Assembly (NCBI GenBank): GCA_963761335.1
Contig: CAVXGR010000018.1
Location: forward strand, 896,001 to 960,000
DNA length: 64,000 nt
Direction of reading: 5' to 3'
Origin: an uncultured delta proteobacterium
Lineage (GTDB): Bacteria > Desulfobacterota > Binatia > HRBIN30 > BPIQ01
The position numbers and the translations under genes are program-made. Below, piece by piece: positions 8,420 through 18,099 of the stretch. The stretch's first letter is position 1. The number at the start of each line of letters is the position of its first letter. The notes under the pieces were generated by a model. That model saw nothing but the letters and a program-made list of their open reading frames with translations, was not told the origin of the DNA and searched no databases.

Positions 8420-10063
8420 GTGAGCGACCTGCTTCATCACGTCGCCCGGCACGCGGAACGATCCGCGTCGAAGACGGCCATCTGCCGATGGCGGCCGGGT
8501 GCGGATCTCGTCGAGACGTCGTACGCGGAGCTGTACCGGAGAACGAAGACGTTCGCGACGCTGTTCGGCCGTCTGGCGAGCGGCGCCACGGTCGTTCCAA
8601 TGCTGGTTGGAAAGTCGGCGGACGGCGTCGCCGCCATGCTCGGTGCTCTCGCCGCCGGTCGGGCGTTTTGCTTTCTGAACACCAAGTATCGAGGCCCGCA
8701 GATCGCGGCGATACTGGAGGCCAGCAAGTCGCCGATCTGTGTCGTCGACGCCGTCGGTCTGGTGGCGCTGCGAGGAGCCCAAAGGGACATCCCGCGGATT
8801 GCAGAGACAACCTGGATCGTGCTGCGACCAGAGGATCTCACCGGGATCTATGCCGATGCGGCCGAGGCGTTGCGGCAGTCGGCAAAGGTGATCTTCCTGG
8901 GCGACGAAGACGCGGAGTCGGCGGTTGCCGAGCCCGAGCCGCTGGACGCGGATCGCGCCGCCGCCTGCCTCTTTACGTCGGGCTCGACGGGAGAGCCCAA
9001 GGGCGTGTTGATCGGCGCGGAAGACCTGATGCGGCGAGCCGAGGCGGAGGTCCTCTGGTTCGGCTTGACGAGCCGGGATGTCCTTCTGAGTATTCTGCCG
9101 TTTTCCTTCGACGTCGGCTTGAACCAGTTGATGACCTCCTTGACGGTGGGTGGCGAGCTTGTTTTGCTCGATTCTTGGTTGCCGGCGGACATCCTGGCCG
9201 CCATCGAGAAGCGCCGCGTGACCGGCGTCTCCGCCGTGCCTTCCATCTGGCAGGACATGATTGGCTCGAAGGTGGCGATCGACAAGAGCGGCAAGCACGA
9301 ATCGCTTCGCTACATCACTATTTCCGGAGGGGGTTTACCCCCGGAACAGATCGAGAGGCTACAGCACGCCGCACCCGGCGTGGAGATCTTCAAGACGTAC
9401 GGACAGACGGAGGCGTTCAGAGCGACATCGCTACGGCCTGAAGACCTCTGCCGGAAGCCGGAGAGCGTCGGCCGTCCTTTCCCCGGGGCGCGCATCTACG
9501 TGGTGAGAGAGGACGGCAGTCCGTGCGCACCGGGAGAGGTCGGCGAGGTCGTTCACACGGGGCTCGGAATCATGATGGGGTATCTGAACGACAGCGGTGA
9601 CAGCGCGGGAACTGAGGCGAAGCGGCGAAGGAACCCCTTCTTCGGAGAAGACGATCCATCTCCGTTTGCCGTTTTTACCGGCGACATGGGCTATGTGGAC
9701 GATGAGGGGTACCTGTTTCTGAAGGGTCGGCGCGACAGCATGTTGAAGGTGATGGGAAATCGCGTCTACCCGCAAGAGGTGGCGAATCAGATCGTCACGA
9801 TCCCCGGGGTGAGGGACGCGACGGTAATCGGAGAGAAGGGAGATATGGGACAGACGACCGTCATTGCATTCATTGCCGTCGGCTCTGGAGCGGAGCTTTC
9901 CGCAGGCGCGGTGCGCAAGGCGCTCGGCGCCAAGCTGCCCGCGTTCATGATCCCCAAGGTGATTCACTTCGTGCCGAGTATCCCCCGGACCGCCAGTGGC
10001 AAGGCGGACAATCACAAGCTCCTTCAACGACACGTCGATCGCCACGGACGAGCGGCGAATTGA
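8420..10063 (+). CDS. AMP-dependent acyl/aminoacyl ligase (exosortase-associated acyl-CoA ligase-like)
   Basis: FTSGSTGEPKG, PFSFDVG, YGQTE, TGD, GRRDSMLK, PRTASGK; likely GTG start 8420 (ORF from 8399). Confidence 0.9.
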   Translation: MSDLLHHVARHAERSASKTAICRWRPGADLVETSYAELYRRTKTFATLFGRLASGATVVPMLVGKSADGVAAMLGALAAGRAFCFLNTKYRGPQIAAILEASKSPICVVDAVGLVALRGAQRDIPRIAETTWIVLRPEDLTGIYADAAEALRQSAKVIFLGDEDAESAVAEPEPLDADRAAACLFTSGSTGEPKGVLIGAEDLMRRAEAEVLWFGLTSRDVLLSILPFSFDVGLNQLMTSLTVGGELVLLDSWLPADILAAIEKRRVTGVSAVPSIWQDMIGSKVAIDKSGKHESLRYITISGGGLPPEQIERLQHAAPGVEIFKTYGQTEAFRATSLRPEDLCRKPESVGRPFPGARIYVVREDGSPCAPGEVGEVVHTGLGIMMGYLNDSGDSAGTEAKRRRNPFFGEDDPSPFAVFTGDMGYVDDEGYLFLKGRRDSMLKVMGNRVYPQEVANQIVTIPGVRDATVIGEKGDMGQTTVIAFIAVGSGAELSAGAVRKALGAKLPAFMIPKVIHFVPSIPRTASGKADNHKLLQRHVDRHGRAAN

Positions 10064-10098
10064 GCGGCAGTGGATGGCTCGGATATGAGGTCGAACGC

Positions 10099-10344
10099 GT
10101 GGCGCTGAGTAAAGAGCTGCTGCTCCAGTTTGCGGAAGACAATCTCGGCCTGGACGCGGCCGAGGTCGGCGAGGACACGCCCTTGTTCTCCTCCGGGCTG
10201 ATCGATTCGACGAGCATGGTGGACTTGATCGTGTACATCGAGTCGGAGGCGGACGTGACCTTCGAGCCGGACGACGTCAGTCTCGACAATCTGGACACGA
10301 TCAGCCGGATCCTGAGCTTCGTCGCCTCCAGACATGGTCAGTGA
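10099..10344 (+). CDS. Acyl carrier protein
   Basis: Small acidic protein with GLIDS phosphopantetheine motif and DNLDTI; likely GTG start 10099. Confidence 0.88.
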   Translation: MALSKELLLQFAEDNLGLDAAEVGEDTPLFSSGLIDSTSMVDLIVYIESEADVTFEPDDVSLDNLDTISRILSFVASRHGQ

Positions 10345-11758
10345 GGCGTTGAGAGCGGCGCTGGCCAAGGCGGCGCGGGATTTCGGCACGCCGTGCTACG
10401 TCTACCTCATGGACGAGGTGCGCGAACGCGTCGACCAGACCCGTTCGGCTTTCGGTGGCCGGTTTCGCATCAGCTACGCGGTCAAGAGCAACCCCAACCC
10501 CGGTCTCCTGCGCCGCCTCGGCGGCGTCGTGGATCTGCTCGATGTTTCGTCGGCCGGAGAGATCGTGCGCGCCGTCGGCTGCGGTTGGGCGGCGGACGCG
10601 CTCAGCTTCACGGGGCCGGGAAAGACGCGGCGAGAGCTGGAGACGGCGGTAGACGCGGGGATTGGGGAAGTGGTCGTCGAATCCGTGGACGAGGCGGAGC
10701 TCTTGAACGCCGTGGCGCAGGCGGCGGGGCGGCAGCAGCGCATTCTCGTGCGTATCGCTCCGCAGAGAATGCCGCGTGGATTCGGGGTCAGCATGAGCGG
10801 GAAGCCGACCCAGTTCGGCATCGACGAAGAGGAGATCGATTCCGCCATCGACACGATCCGCCGCCTGGCCAACCTGGATCTGGTCGGCCTTCACATCTAC
10901 TCGGGCACGCAGTGCCTGAAGCCTGAGGCCATCGTCGACAACTACCAGATCTTCATCGATATCTTCGGACGCGTCTGCAACGCCCACGGAGTGTCGCCGC
11001 AAAGGCTCGTCTTCGGCTCCGGAATCGGGATTCCCTACCATGAGGGCGATCAGCCCGTCGACCTGGCGGCGGTAGCGGAAATGATCAATCCGCGCCTCGA
11101 CACGCTGAAGAGCGGCAGGCTCTTCTCCAAAACCGACCTGGTCTTGGAAACCGGCCGCTACCTGGTCGGCGAAGCCGGCTTCTACGTCACCCGTGTCGTG
11201 CGAAGGAAGCAGTCGCGCGGCGTCGAGATCGGCATATGCGACGGCGGGATGAACCATCACCTCGGAGCGGCCGGCCATCTCGGAAGCGTCGTGCAACGCA
11301 ACTATCGGATGTTCAAGCTGGGCGTGGGGCGCGATCAGGAGGCGGAGCGGACCTACACTCTCGTCGGGCCCTTGTGCACGACGATCGACACCTTGGCGCG
11401 TCAGGTGAAGCTCCGCGGGCTCGAAGCCGGTGACCTGATCGCGATCCACTGCAGCGGCGCCTACGGCGTCACCGCAAGCCCGATCCACTTCATCAGCCAC
11501 AGGCCGCCCAAGGAGATCATCGCAGAGACGGCGGGGGGGAGCTCCGCTTCGAAGACAGCAGCCAGTTCTCTGCGCCCCGGGGAGACGGCAAGTGGGAGAG
11601 AGGGAACCTGTGACCGCGCCACGCGAAGGAGTGATCATTCTCGGTACCCCGAGGTCCGGGACGACGCTGCTGCGAAGATTGGTGGACGCGCATCCCAATA
11701 TTGCTTGTCCCGGCGAGACCAACGTGTTCACGGCCTGCGGCCGCTTCCTGAGCAGTGA
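10334..11758 (+). CDS. PLP-dependent fold-III decarboxylase (LysA/BtrK-like, exosortase-associated type); 3' end probably frameshifted, natural stop likely 11613
   Basis: YAVKSNP (PLP Lys), FTGPGK, HIYSGTQ, LETGRYLVG, DGGMNHH, GPLCT, GAYG; as sequenced it runs ~150 bp into the next gene. Confidence 0.88.
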   Translation: MVSEALRAALAKAARDFGTPCYVYLMDEVRERVDQTRSAFGGRFRISYAVKSNPNPGLLRRLGGVVDLLDVSSAGEIVRAVGCGWAADALSFTGPGKTRRELETAVDAGIGEVVVESVDEAELLNAVAQAAGRQQRILVRIAPQRMPRGFGVSMSGKPTQFGIDEEEIDSAIDTIRRLANLDLVGLHIYSGTQCLKPEAIVDNYQIFIDIFGRVCNAHGVSPQRLVFGSGIGIPYHEGDQPVDLAAVAEMINPRLDTLKSGRLFSKTDLVLETGRYLVGEAGFYVTRVVRRKQSRGVEIGICDGGMNHHLGAAGHLGSVVQRNYRMFKLGVGRDQEAERTYTLVGPLCTTIDTLARQVKLRGLEAGDLIAIHCSGAYGVTASPIHFISHRPPKEIIAETAGGSSASKTAASSLRPGETASGREGTCDRATRRSDHSRYPEVRDDAAAKIGGRASQYCLSRRDQRVHGLRPLPEQ

Positions 11759-12587
11759 GCGCATCGCCGAAGGGGTGAAGATCGGCGTGCTGGATGGGCT
11801 GGGCTTTGCGGGCTTCTCCCGCGACGAAGTTCTCGAGCGGCTCCGCGAGTTCGCGTTTTCCTTTCACCGGGAGTTCGCCGCAAAGCAGGGGAAGCCGCGC
11901 TGGGCGTCCAAGACCGCCTTCGATGCCTTCTATCTCGACGAGATCGAGGCGCTCTGTGGCGAGCGGGTGTCCTTCGTGTGCATTCAGCGCCATGGGCTGG
12001 ATGTCGCCTGCAGCATCCAGGAGCTCTGCGACAAGAACGGCGGGTACCTGCGCGAGCTCCAGGAATATGTCTCGCGATACCCGATCGTTCTCGAAGCTTT
12101 CGCGCACGCGTGGGTGGACCTGACGCAGAAGATTGACGCCTTTGTTAAGCGCCATCCGCAGAGCTCGGTGCTGGTGACCTACGAGGATCTGGCCAAGGAG
12201 ACCGACCGCACCATGGCGCGCATCATCGGCTTTCTCGGCGAAGAGTGGTCCGCCGCTCTGATCGACAAGGCCCTCGGTAAACGCGAGGGTCTCGGGTTGG
12301 GGGACTGGAAGACGTACGGGCGGAGCTCGGTCGACTCTTCCAGTGTCGGCAGATGGAAGAGTCTGTCGCGTGACACGATCGCCCGCCTGGGCGCCATCTG
12401 CAATCCGACACTGACTCTCTGCGGGTACGAACCAGTCCAGATCCAGGCGGAACGCGACCCGGATGAAATTCGGCGGCGGCACCAGGTCGGACTCTTGCTG
12501 CAGAGGCTGAGCAGCAGCAGCGATCCATCCCCGGGCGATCAGAAAGCTCCTTCGCGGAAGAAGGGGACACCGAAAGCGGGTCGCTGA
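11610..12587 (+). CDS. Sulfotransferase family protein
   Basis: PAPS-binding GTPRSGTTLL, HPNI, WASKT, RHGLDVACS, TYEDL, SVGRWK; GTG start 11610 after GAGAGGG. Confidence 0.88.
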   Translation: MTAPREGVIILGTPRSGTTLLRRLVDAHPNIACPGETNVFTACGRFLSSERIAEGVKIGVLDGLGFAGFSRDEVLERLREFAFSFHREFAAKQGKPRWASKTAFDAFYLDEIEALCGERVSFVCIQRHGLDVACSIQELCDKNGGYLRELQEYVSRYPIVLEAFAHAWVDLTQKIDAFVKRHPQSSVLVTYEDLAKETDRTMARIIGFLGEEWSAALIDKALGKREGLGLGDWKTYGRSSVDSSSVGRWKSLSRDTIARLGAICNPTLTLCGYEPVQIQAERDPDEIRRRHQVGLLLQRLSSSSDPSPGDQKAPSRKKGTPKAGR

Positions 12588-12704
12588 ATCGCAATGGCAG
12601 AGACGAGCCCGGGATTGACCCCGATTGCCTGCTCTGTACAGGGGCGCCGCTCCGTCCCCGGGTATCGTCAGCGGGCGGCGTAGGCGCCAGGGTCGGACAA
12701 GGAC

Positions 12705-13373
12705 ATGCCGTTCCTGCGCGCCTTGCTTTTCAGCCTGAAGATGGACGGCTTCGCGGTGACGCTCCGGCGTCTGTGGGCTTTCCAGTTCGGTCGGCAGGAC
12801 TGGTACGTCTTCGTCCGCTATCTCGAGCCGCCGGCAACGCCGGTGGAGTTCCCGATCGAGGCGAAGGGAATGATCATACGGCGGATGACCGAGGGCGACG
12901 TGGACGAAATCGCGCCCCTCATTCCCTTCGATGCCGATCGCCGTGCCCTTCGCGATCGTCGGATCCGAATGCGAAAGCTTCTCCCCGACGCCGTGGTTGC
13001 CGTCCGCGGCGATCGCATCGTCGGTGCGGCGTGGTACACCGACACCGTGACTCCGGAGCAGCCCTGGTACGCTGCCATTGAACGATACGTCGTTCCACCG
13101 GCACGGTTGACGGCGAACATCTTCGCGCTTCCGGGAGAAAAAGGCGCCGCCTGGGCGGTGGCGAAACACGCCAGCGACCGGCTGGCCTCGTTGGGGATCC
13201 GCACCATCGTCGGCGTGATCCAGTGTGACAACAAGCCTTCGATCCTCATGTCTCGGATGCTGGGAGGGAAGGTTGTTGCTCGGCAGTCGATTCGCCAGTG
13301 GTTCGGACACAGAACGATCATCGTCGAGCCCACCCCCGACCGAGGAGCCTTCGGGCCCTCGGATTCTCCGTGA
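12705..13373 (+). CDS. GNAT-like hypothetical protein
   Basis: IIRRMTEGDV...GDRIVGAAW...DNKPS pattern resembles a GNAT fold; AAGGA RBS. Confidence 0.55.
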   Translation: MPFLRALLFSLKMDGFAVTLRRLWAFQFGRQDWYVFVRYLEPPATPVEFPIEAKGMIIRRMTEGDVDEIAPLIPFDADRRALRDRRIRMRKLLPDAVVAVRGDRIVGAAWYTDTVTPEQPWYAAIERYVVPPARLTANIFALPGEKGAAWAVAKHASDRLASLGIRTIVGVIQCDNKPSILMSRMLGGKVVARQSIRQWFGHRTIIVEPTPDRGAFGPSDSP

Positions 13374-13579
13374 GGTATTTGAGCGATCTCGCCTGCCCGG
13401 CTACAGGAGTCAGTTTGACTGTCGCAAGGCAGTTCGCTTAAATCCACAGCTGCCGAGCTGTGAGTGTGTCTGCCAGGCCCATCGTCCGCGGCACCGCTCG
13501 AACGGCGCGCCGTTCTCCGAGGGGCCGCTGCCGGTGAAACAGGCTCTCTTCGGGAGGCAGCCTTCGGCGAGGAGCCATA

Positions 13580-14317
13580 ATGGATGCCAAGTGGGAGTAT
13601 GTCTTCGCGGTGCCTTCCGCGGATTGCCGCGACGAGTCCCTGCGGCTCGGCCGCCAGTTGGTCGGCTATGCCGTGCGCGCCGTCTTCAGCCGCCCCGTGG
13701 TGGCGCGGGACCGCGCCATGCCGATCAACTTCCTGCAGACGCATCGCGGCTTTCCGCGCCGCTGTCCGGAGCTCTACTGCAGCTCGCCGATCCGTCTGGA
13801 AGAGGAATCGAAGCACCTCTGCTTTCACGGTCGCGGACAGGCGCTGTCGTGCTATGAGGGGCACCGTTTCGCCGCCTTCCGTTTCCACCGCTTGATGATC
13901 CTCGGCAAGCTCGAGCTTTACCTGGCGCGCCTCGGCGAGGAGAAGTGGAGGCGCATCATCGGCTTCCCGGCGCTGACGTTGTACGGCCGTGAGCTGCTGC
14001 GAGCTCTCTGGAACGCGCCCTTCGAGGAGGTGCTGTGTGGCCCGGAATCGGTGCCGTCGCCGCGCGGCGCCCGCACCCGCCTGCAGCGGCGCATGGCCCG
14101 CGAGCTGAGCGCCGCAGACCGGCTCCAGATCGCCGCCCGCGTCAGTACCTGCCTGGACCTCTGCTCCGAGCGCTTGCGGCCGGTGCAGGATTTCAGCAGC
14201 GGCATCGAGTACGCCTGCGACGCCGGACACCGGGCTCTCTTCTCGCGCTCCGAACGCGGAACCTTTCTCGCCAGCCGCCTGGTGCTTTCGTACACCGCGG
14301 CCGCCGAGTCGCTCTGA
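13580..14317 (+). CDS. Hypothetical protein
   Basis: 245 aa ORF with GAGGAG RBS and GC3-biased codons; no family recognised. Confidence 0.6.
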   Translation: MDAKWEYVFAVPSADCRDESLRLGRQLVGYAVRAVFSRPVVARDRAMPINFLQTHRGFPRRCPELYCSSPIRLEEESKHLCFHGRGQALSCYEGHRFAAFRFHRLMILGKLELYLARLGEEKWRRIIGFPALTLYGRELLRALWNAPFEEVLCGPESVPSPRGARTRLQRRMARELSAADRLQIAARVSTCLDLCSERLRPVQDFSSGIEYACDAGHRALFSRSERGTFLASRLVLSYTAAAESL

Positions 14318-14331
14318 GCCCCGGCTCCCCC

Positions 14332-16278
14332 TCAATCGGCGGCGGCATAGAGAAGACGCCGCAAATCGAGAGCGATGTTGTGGCCGTCCAGATGCAGGTG
14401 CCGCGGGTTATAGGCGGGGTGTCGGATCGACAGGGCGATCTCGGTGGGGGGCACGTCCACCGGCGTCGAGAAGGCGGCCACGCCGGCGTCGTTGGTGGTG
14501 GTGCGCGCCAGCAGCGCGTCGCGCCGGTCGCGAGCCAACACCTCGGCACCGGCGACCGCCGGCCTCTCCCCGCTTTCGTCGGCGTCGTTGTCGCAGACGA
14601 CGACGCGGGCGCTGCGGCCGTCGGCGGCAGCTTCCACGGTGACCTCGAGGTCGCGCAGCCAGATCATCGGCTCGTGGGTCACTGCCTTGATTCCGATTCT
14701 CTCCGGATGGCGCGCCGGGTTGGCGCGCAGGGAGACGTCCTGGGCAGCCATGCCGTGGTCGCTGGTGATCACGAAGAGCGTGCTGTCGAGGAGGTTCTTC
14801 TCCTCCAGGAGATCCAGGATCCGGCCGACGCGCCGATCGGTTTCGGCAACCGCCTGGCGCAGCCCCTCGTGGTGCGGCCCGTAGTGGTGCCCGGCGCCGT
14901 CGGTGAGAGCGAGCTCGTGGGCGACGAACGCCGGCACCGGATGGGTGGAATCGTCGAAGAGCACCTGGACCTGCGCCAGGCCGCGAGCGTCGAGCAGGGC
15001 CTCGCGGTGCACGGCGACGTCGCCTTCCCGCTTCCAGCGCGGGTCGACGTCGGCGAGCGCTTCGGCGGTGAGTGCCTTGAGGCGATCCCGTGCACCGATG
15101 GTGCGTCCTTCGAGCGGCGCGTGGTCGGCGCCCCGGCCCTGCGGCTCGTGGATCGAGGCGGTGAAGGCGCCCCCGCCGAAGCTGCCGTCGGCGTGGCGGC
15201 CGGGGTCGAGGGCGCGGTGGAAGGCCTCGTAGAGCGTCTCCACCTCCGATCCGAGATAGCCCTCGGTCTGCATTCCCTGGCCCTGGGGCGAGACGCTCTC
15301 GCGCCGGCTTCGCAGATAGTAGGTGGGATTGACGATGTCATGGTGCCCGCACCAGGCTCCGGTGAGGATCGTCGCGTGACTCGGCCAGGTGATGGAGGGG
15401 AAGGTGACGATTGAGCCGGCGACGAAGCGAGCGGCGCGGTCGAGGATGCGCCGCAGATTCCGCACGCGCTCGTCGCGGCGCTCGAGAAGGAGTGACAGCT
15501 CGCTGTTGCTGAGACCGTCGGTCACGATCAGGTAGACGCGCTCGGGACGCGATCCGTCATCGGCGAGGATCTCGTCCAGCACGCGGCCGTCCTGGCGCTC
15601 GAGATAGACGTCGGGCGCGCCGCCGCGCTCGCTGCTGCGGCGGCCGGAGGCATCCTTGCCGTCGATCTGCGGAAAGCCCATCAGGTGGCAGATGGTGGGG
15701 GCGATGTCGACGTGGCGCGCCGCCTGCCGGTACTCTCCTGGGCGCACCCCGGGACCCGCAAACGCCAGCGGCGCCCGCGACTGCACCACGTCGAGCCCGC
15801 CGTGCTGGCCGGCTTGCAGCCCGAAGCTGTACGGCTTGGGCGAGATCACCAGATCGGGCGCGTTCGGGCTGTCGAAGAGCTGCGCGATGCGTTCGCAGGC
15901 GAACGGATAGCTGACCTCGGCGGGCTCGATGAAGGCGAGGTTCGGATCCTCGGTGGGATGGCCCGAACGGGCCGCCGCCTCGAGCTCCTGCCGCCAGCTG
16001 GAGATGCGCTCGTGGTCCTGGCGGGCGATTGGGTCCTCGCCGATCTGCTCGACCACCTCGAAGCGAAGACGGCCGTCGTCCGCCGCCAGACGCCGAAAGC
16101 GGATCATGCCGCGCCGCGCCCAGACCTCGTAGATTCCGTCCCGCTGGGTGATCACCAGATCGACGTGGTCTCTGACCTCCGCGTCGGTGAGCAGCGCCAG
16201 GATGGCGCGGTTCCCCGATTCCTCCTGGTTCTGATCCAGGCCCTGTCCGCCGGGTCGCTCCGGTCCGAGTGCTCGCAT
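14332..16278 (-). CDS. Alkaline phosphatase superfamily / nucleotide pyrophosphatase-phosphodiesterase-like protein
   Basis: LIVTDGL, FPSITWPSHATILTG, TDGAGHHYGP, ITSDHGM, HVDIAPTI; start MRALG at 16278 after AGGAG. Confidence 0.85.
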   Translation of the reverse strand: MRALGPERPGGQGLDQNQEESGNRAILALLTDAEVRDHVDLVITQRDGIYEVWARRGMIRFRRLAADDGRLRFEVVEQIGEDPIARQDHERISSWRQELEAAARSGHPTEDPNLAFIEPAEVSYPFACERIAQLFDSPNAPDLVISPKPYSFGLQAGQHGGLDVVQSRAPLAFAGPGVRPGEYRQAARHVDIAPTICHLMGFPQIDGKDASGRRSSERGGAPDVYLERQDGRVLDEILADDGSRPERVYLIVTDGLSNSELSLLLERRDERVRNLRRILDRAARFVAGSIVTFPSITWPSHATILTGAWCGHHDIVNPTYYLRSRRESVSPQGQGMQTEGYLGSEVETLYEAFHRALDPGRHADGSFGGGAFTASIHEPQGRGADHAPLEGRTIGARDRLKALTAEALADVDPRWKREGDVAVHREALLDARGLAQVQVLFDDSTHPVPAFVAHELALTDGAGHHYGPHHEGLRQAVAETDRRVGRILDLLEEKNLLDSTLFVITSDHGMAAQDVSLRANPARHPERIGIKAVTHEPMIWLRDLEVTVEAAADGRSARVVVCDNDADESGERPAVAGAEVLARDRRDALLARTTTNDAGVAAFSTPVDVPPTEIALSIRHPAYNPRHLHLDGHNIALDLRRLLYAAAD

Positions 16279-16469
16279 GCTGGCGTCTCCTGCAGGCGCC
16301 TTAGTAGCCCGGGGCGGGTGGCGGTGAAAGGGCAGGGGGGCGGAGCCGCCGGGCTGTCTTCTGTCCCCGTGGCGGGGTATGTAAACCTTCGGTGAAATCA
16401 CCTGCGGGCACCGGCGTGTGCCAGCGGTGATAGGCGAGAACTCGCGTCAAACGCGTCAGCGGAGGCATC

Positions 16470-16841
16470 GTGGGAGCAAAGATCCTGGTAGTCGAGGACG
16501 AGCCCGACATCATGCGTATCATTACGCACACACTCCAAGCCGCCGGCTACCAGATCGTTCCCGCGTATGGCGGGGAGGACGCGATCCGCAAGGTCGGTTT
16601 GCAGAAGCCCGACTTGGTGCTCACCGATCTTTCCATGCCTCGGGTGAGCGGCGTCGCCGTGATCCAGGCGATCAAGGGGGACCCCGCGACCAGCGCCATT
16701 CCGGTGGTCGCCGTCACCGCCCATGTCTGGGGCGCCATCGCCCAGGCGGCGGGCGACGCCGGTTGTGACGGCTACATCGCCAAGCCGTTCTCGGCCAAGC
16801 AACTGCTTCTCGAAGTCCAGAAGTACCTCGCCCCGCGATAG
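16470..16841 (+). CDS. Single-domain response regulator (DivK/CheY-like)
   Basis: ILVVEDE, PDLVLTDLSMP, VTAH, GCDGYIAKPF; GGAGG RBS. Confidence 0.93.
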   Translation: MGAKILVVEDEPDIMRIITHTLQAAGYQIVPAYGGEDAIRKVGLQKPDLVLTDLSMPRVSGVAVIQAIKGDPATSAIPVVAVTAHVWGAIAQAAGDAGCDGYIAKPFSAKQLLLEVQKYLAPR

Positions 16842-16930
16842 ACCGTGGCGTGCCGCGTTTATGCTGTCGAGCTCCGCAGGGCGTCGGTGGTGCGGATCGA
16901 CGGTGGCGGCGCGCTGAGCGCTCGCCGCGA

Positions 16931-17707
16931 TCAGCGGCCGCGCCACTGAGGCCGGCGCTTCTCGAGAAAGGCCCGCATACCCTCCTGAGCGTCCTCGGCG
17001 AGCGCGTTCATGCTCATGACTTCCTTGGCGTAGGTGTACGCCCTGGCCTGGTCGAGGTCGATCTGCGCATAGAAGGCCTGCTTGCCGAGGGCAATGGTGA
17101 ACGGGCTGGCCTCGGCGATTGCCGTCGCCAGCTCGAGCGTCGTCTTCTGCAGCTGTGGCGCCGGAACCACGCGGTTGACCAATCCCCACTCCGCCGCCGT
17201 GCGCGCGTCGATCGGCGTGCCCGTCAGCAGCATCTCCAGGGCGCGCTTGCGCCCGATGGCACGGGTGAGCGCCACCATCGGCGTGGTGCAGAAAAGACCG
17301 ATGCGCACGCCCGGCGTGGCGAAGCGCGCCTCCTCGCTGGCAACGGCCAGATCGCAGCTGGCGACCAGCTGGCAGCCGGCCGCGGTGGCGATTCCCGCCA
17401 CCTGAGCGATCACCGGCTGCGGCAGGCGCTGGATCGCCGTCATCACCTCGCTGCACTCGTCGAAGATCTGGCGATAGTCGACCAGGCCGCGGTCGATCAT
17501 CTCGCCGAGATCGTGTCCGGCGGAGAAGGCGGAGCCGGAACCGGCGAGGATCACGGCGCGCACCTCGGGGTCGGCGCCGAGCTCCTGAATGCAGCCGCGG
17601 AGCTCGCGCATCAGCTCCAGCGACAGGGCATTGCGTCTCTCGGGGCGGTTCAGCGTCACCGTGCAGATGGCGCCGTGTCTCTCCGCGGTCAGCTGCGTGT
17701 AGCTCAT
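16931..17707 (-). CDS. Enoyl-CoA hydratase/isomerase (crotonase, ECHDC3-like)
   Basis: TLNRPERRNALS, FSAGHDL, AAGCQLVASCD, FATPGV, EGMRAFLEKR; start MSYTQ at 17707 after AGGAG. Confidence 0.92.
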   Translation of the reverse strand: MSYTQLTAERHGAICTVTLNRPERRNALSLELMRELRGCIQELGADPEVRAVILAGSGSAFSAGHDLGEMIDRGLVDYRQIFDECSEVMTAIQRLPQPVIAQVAGIATAAGCQLVASCDLAVASEEARFATPGVRIGLFCTTPMVALTRAIGRKRALEMLLTGTPIDARTAAEWGLVNRVVPAPQLQKTTLELATAIAEASPFTIALGKQAFYAQIDLDQARAYTYAKEVMSMNALAEDAQEGMRAFLEKRRPQWRGR

Positions 17708-17745
17708 GAAATTGACTCCTCGCGAGGGTAGCGTCCCTCCTGCTT

Positions 17746-18075
17746 CTACACCCGGCAGGCCTCCACCTCGACCGCCTCCCCGTGGCTCGTCCCTTCGGCG
17801 ACCACCACGGCGCCGCCCGCCAAGGTGGCCGAGCCGCGCAGCTGCAGCACGAAGCGCGAGCCGGCGGCCCCGTGGATCTCGTGCACGGCCTCGAGCTGAC
17901 CGGCGCCGAGCGGCCCGACGAGGAGCCAATGGGTTCCGTGCACCTTTCCGGAGATGGGCGAGTCCGCGGCGGTGTTGCCGCGGAACTCGATCTTCAACCG
18001 CTCGCCGTCGGGCACCCGGCCGAGCTTCTCGATGGGGCCAGTCACCTGAAATCGATAGAGCGAGGAGAGCTGCAT
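17746..18075 (-). CDS. Hypothetical beta-rich protein (DUF3237-like)
   Basis: LGRVPDGERLKIEF.G...ISGKVHGTHW resembles DUF3237; co-oriented with neighbours. Confidence 0.5.
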   Translation of the reverse strand: MQLSSLYRFQVTGPIEKLGRVPDGERLKIEFRGNTAADSPISGKVHGTHWLLVGPLGAGQLEAVHEIHGAAGSRFVLQLRGSATLAGGAVVVAEGTSHGEAVEVEACRV

Positions 18076-18099
18076 GACGGACTCCCGGAGACGCGCCAA

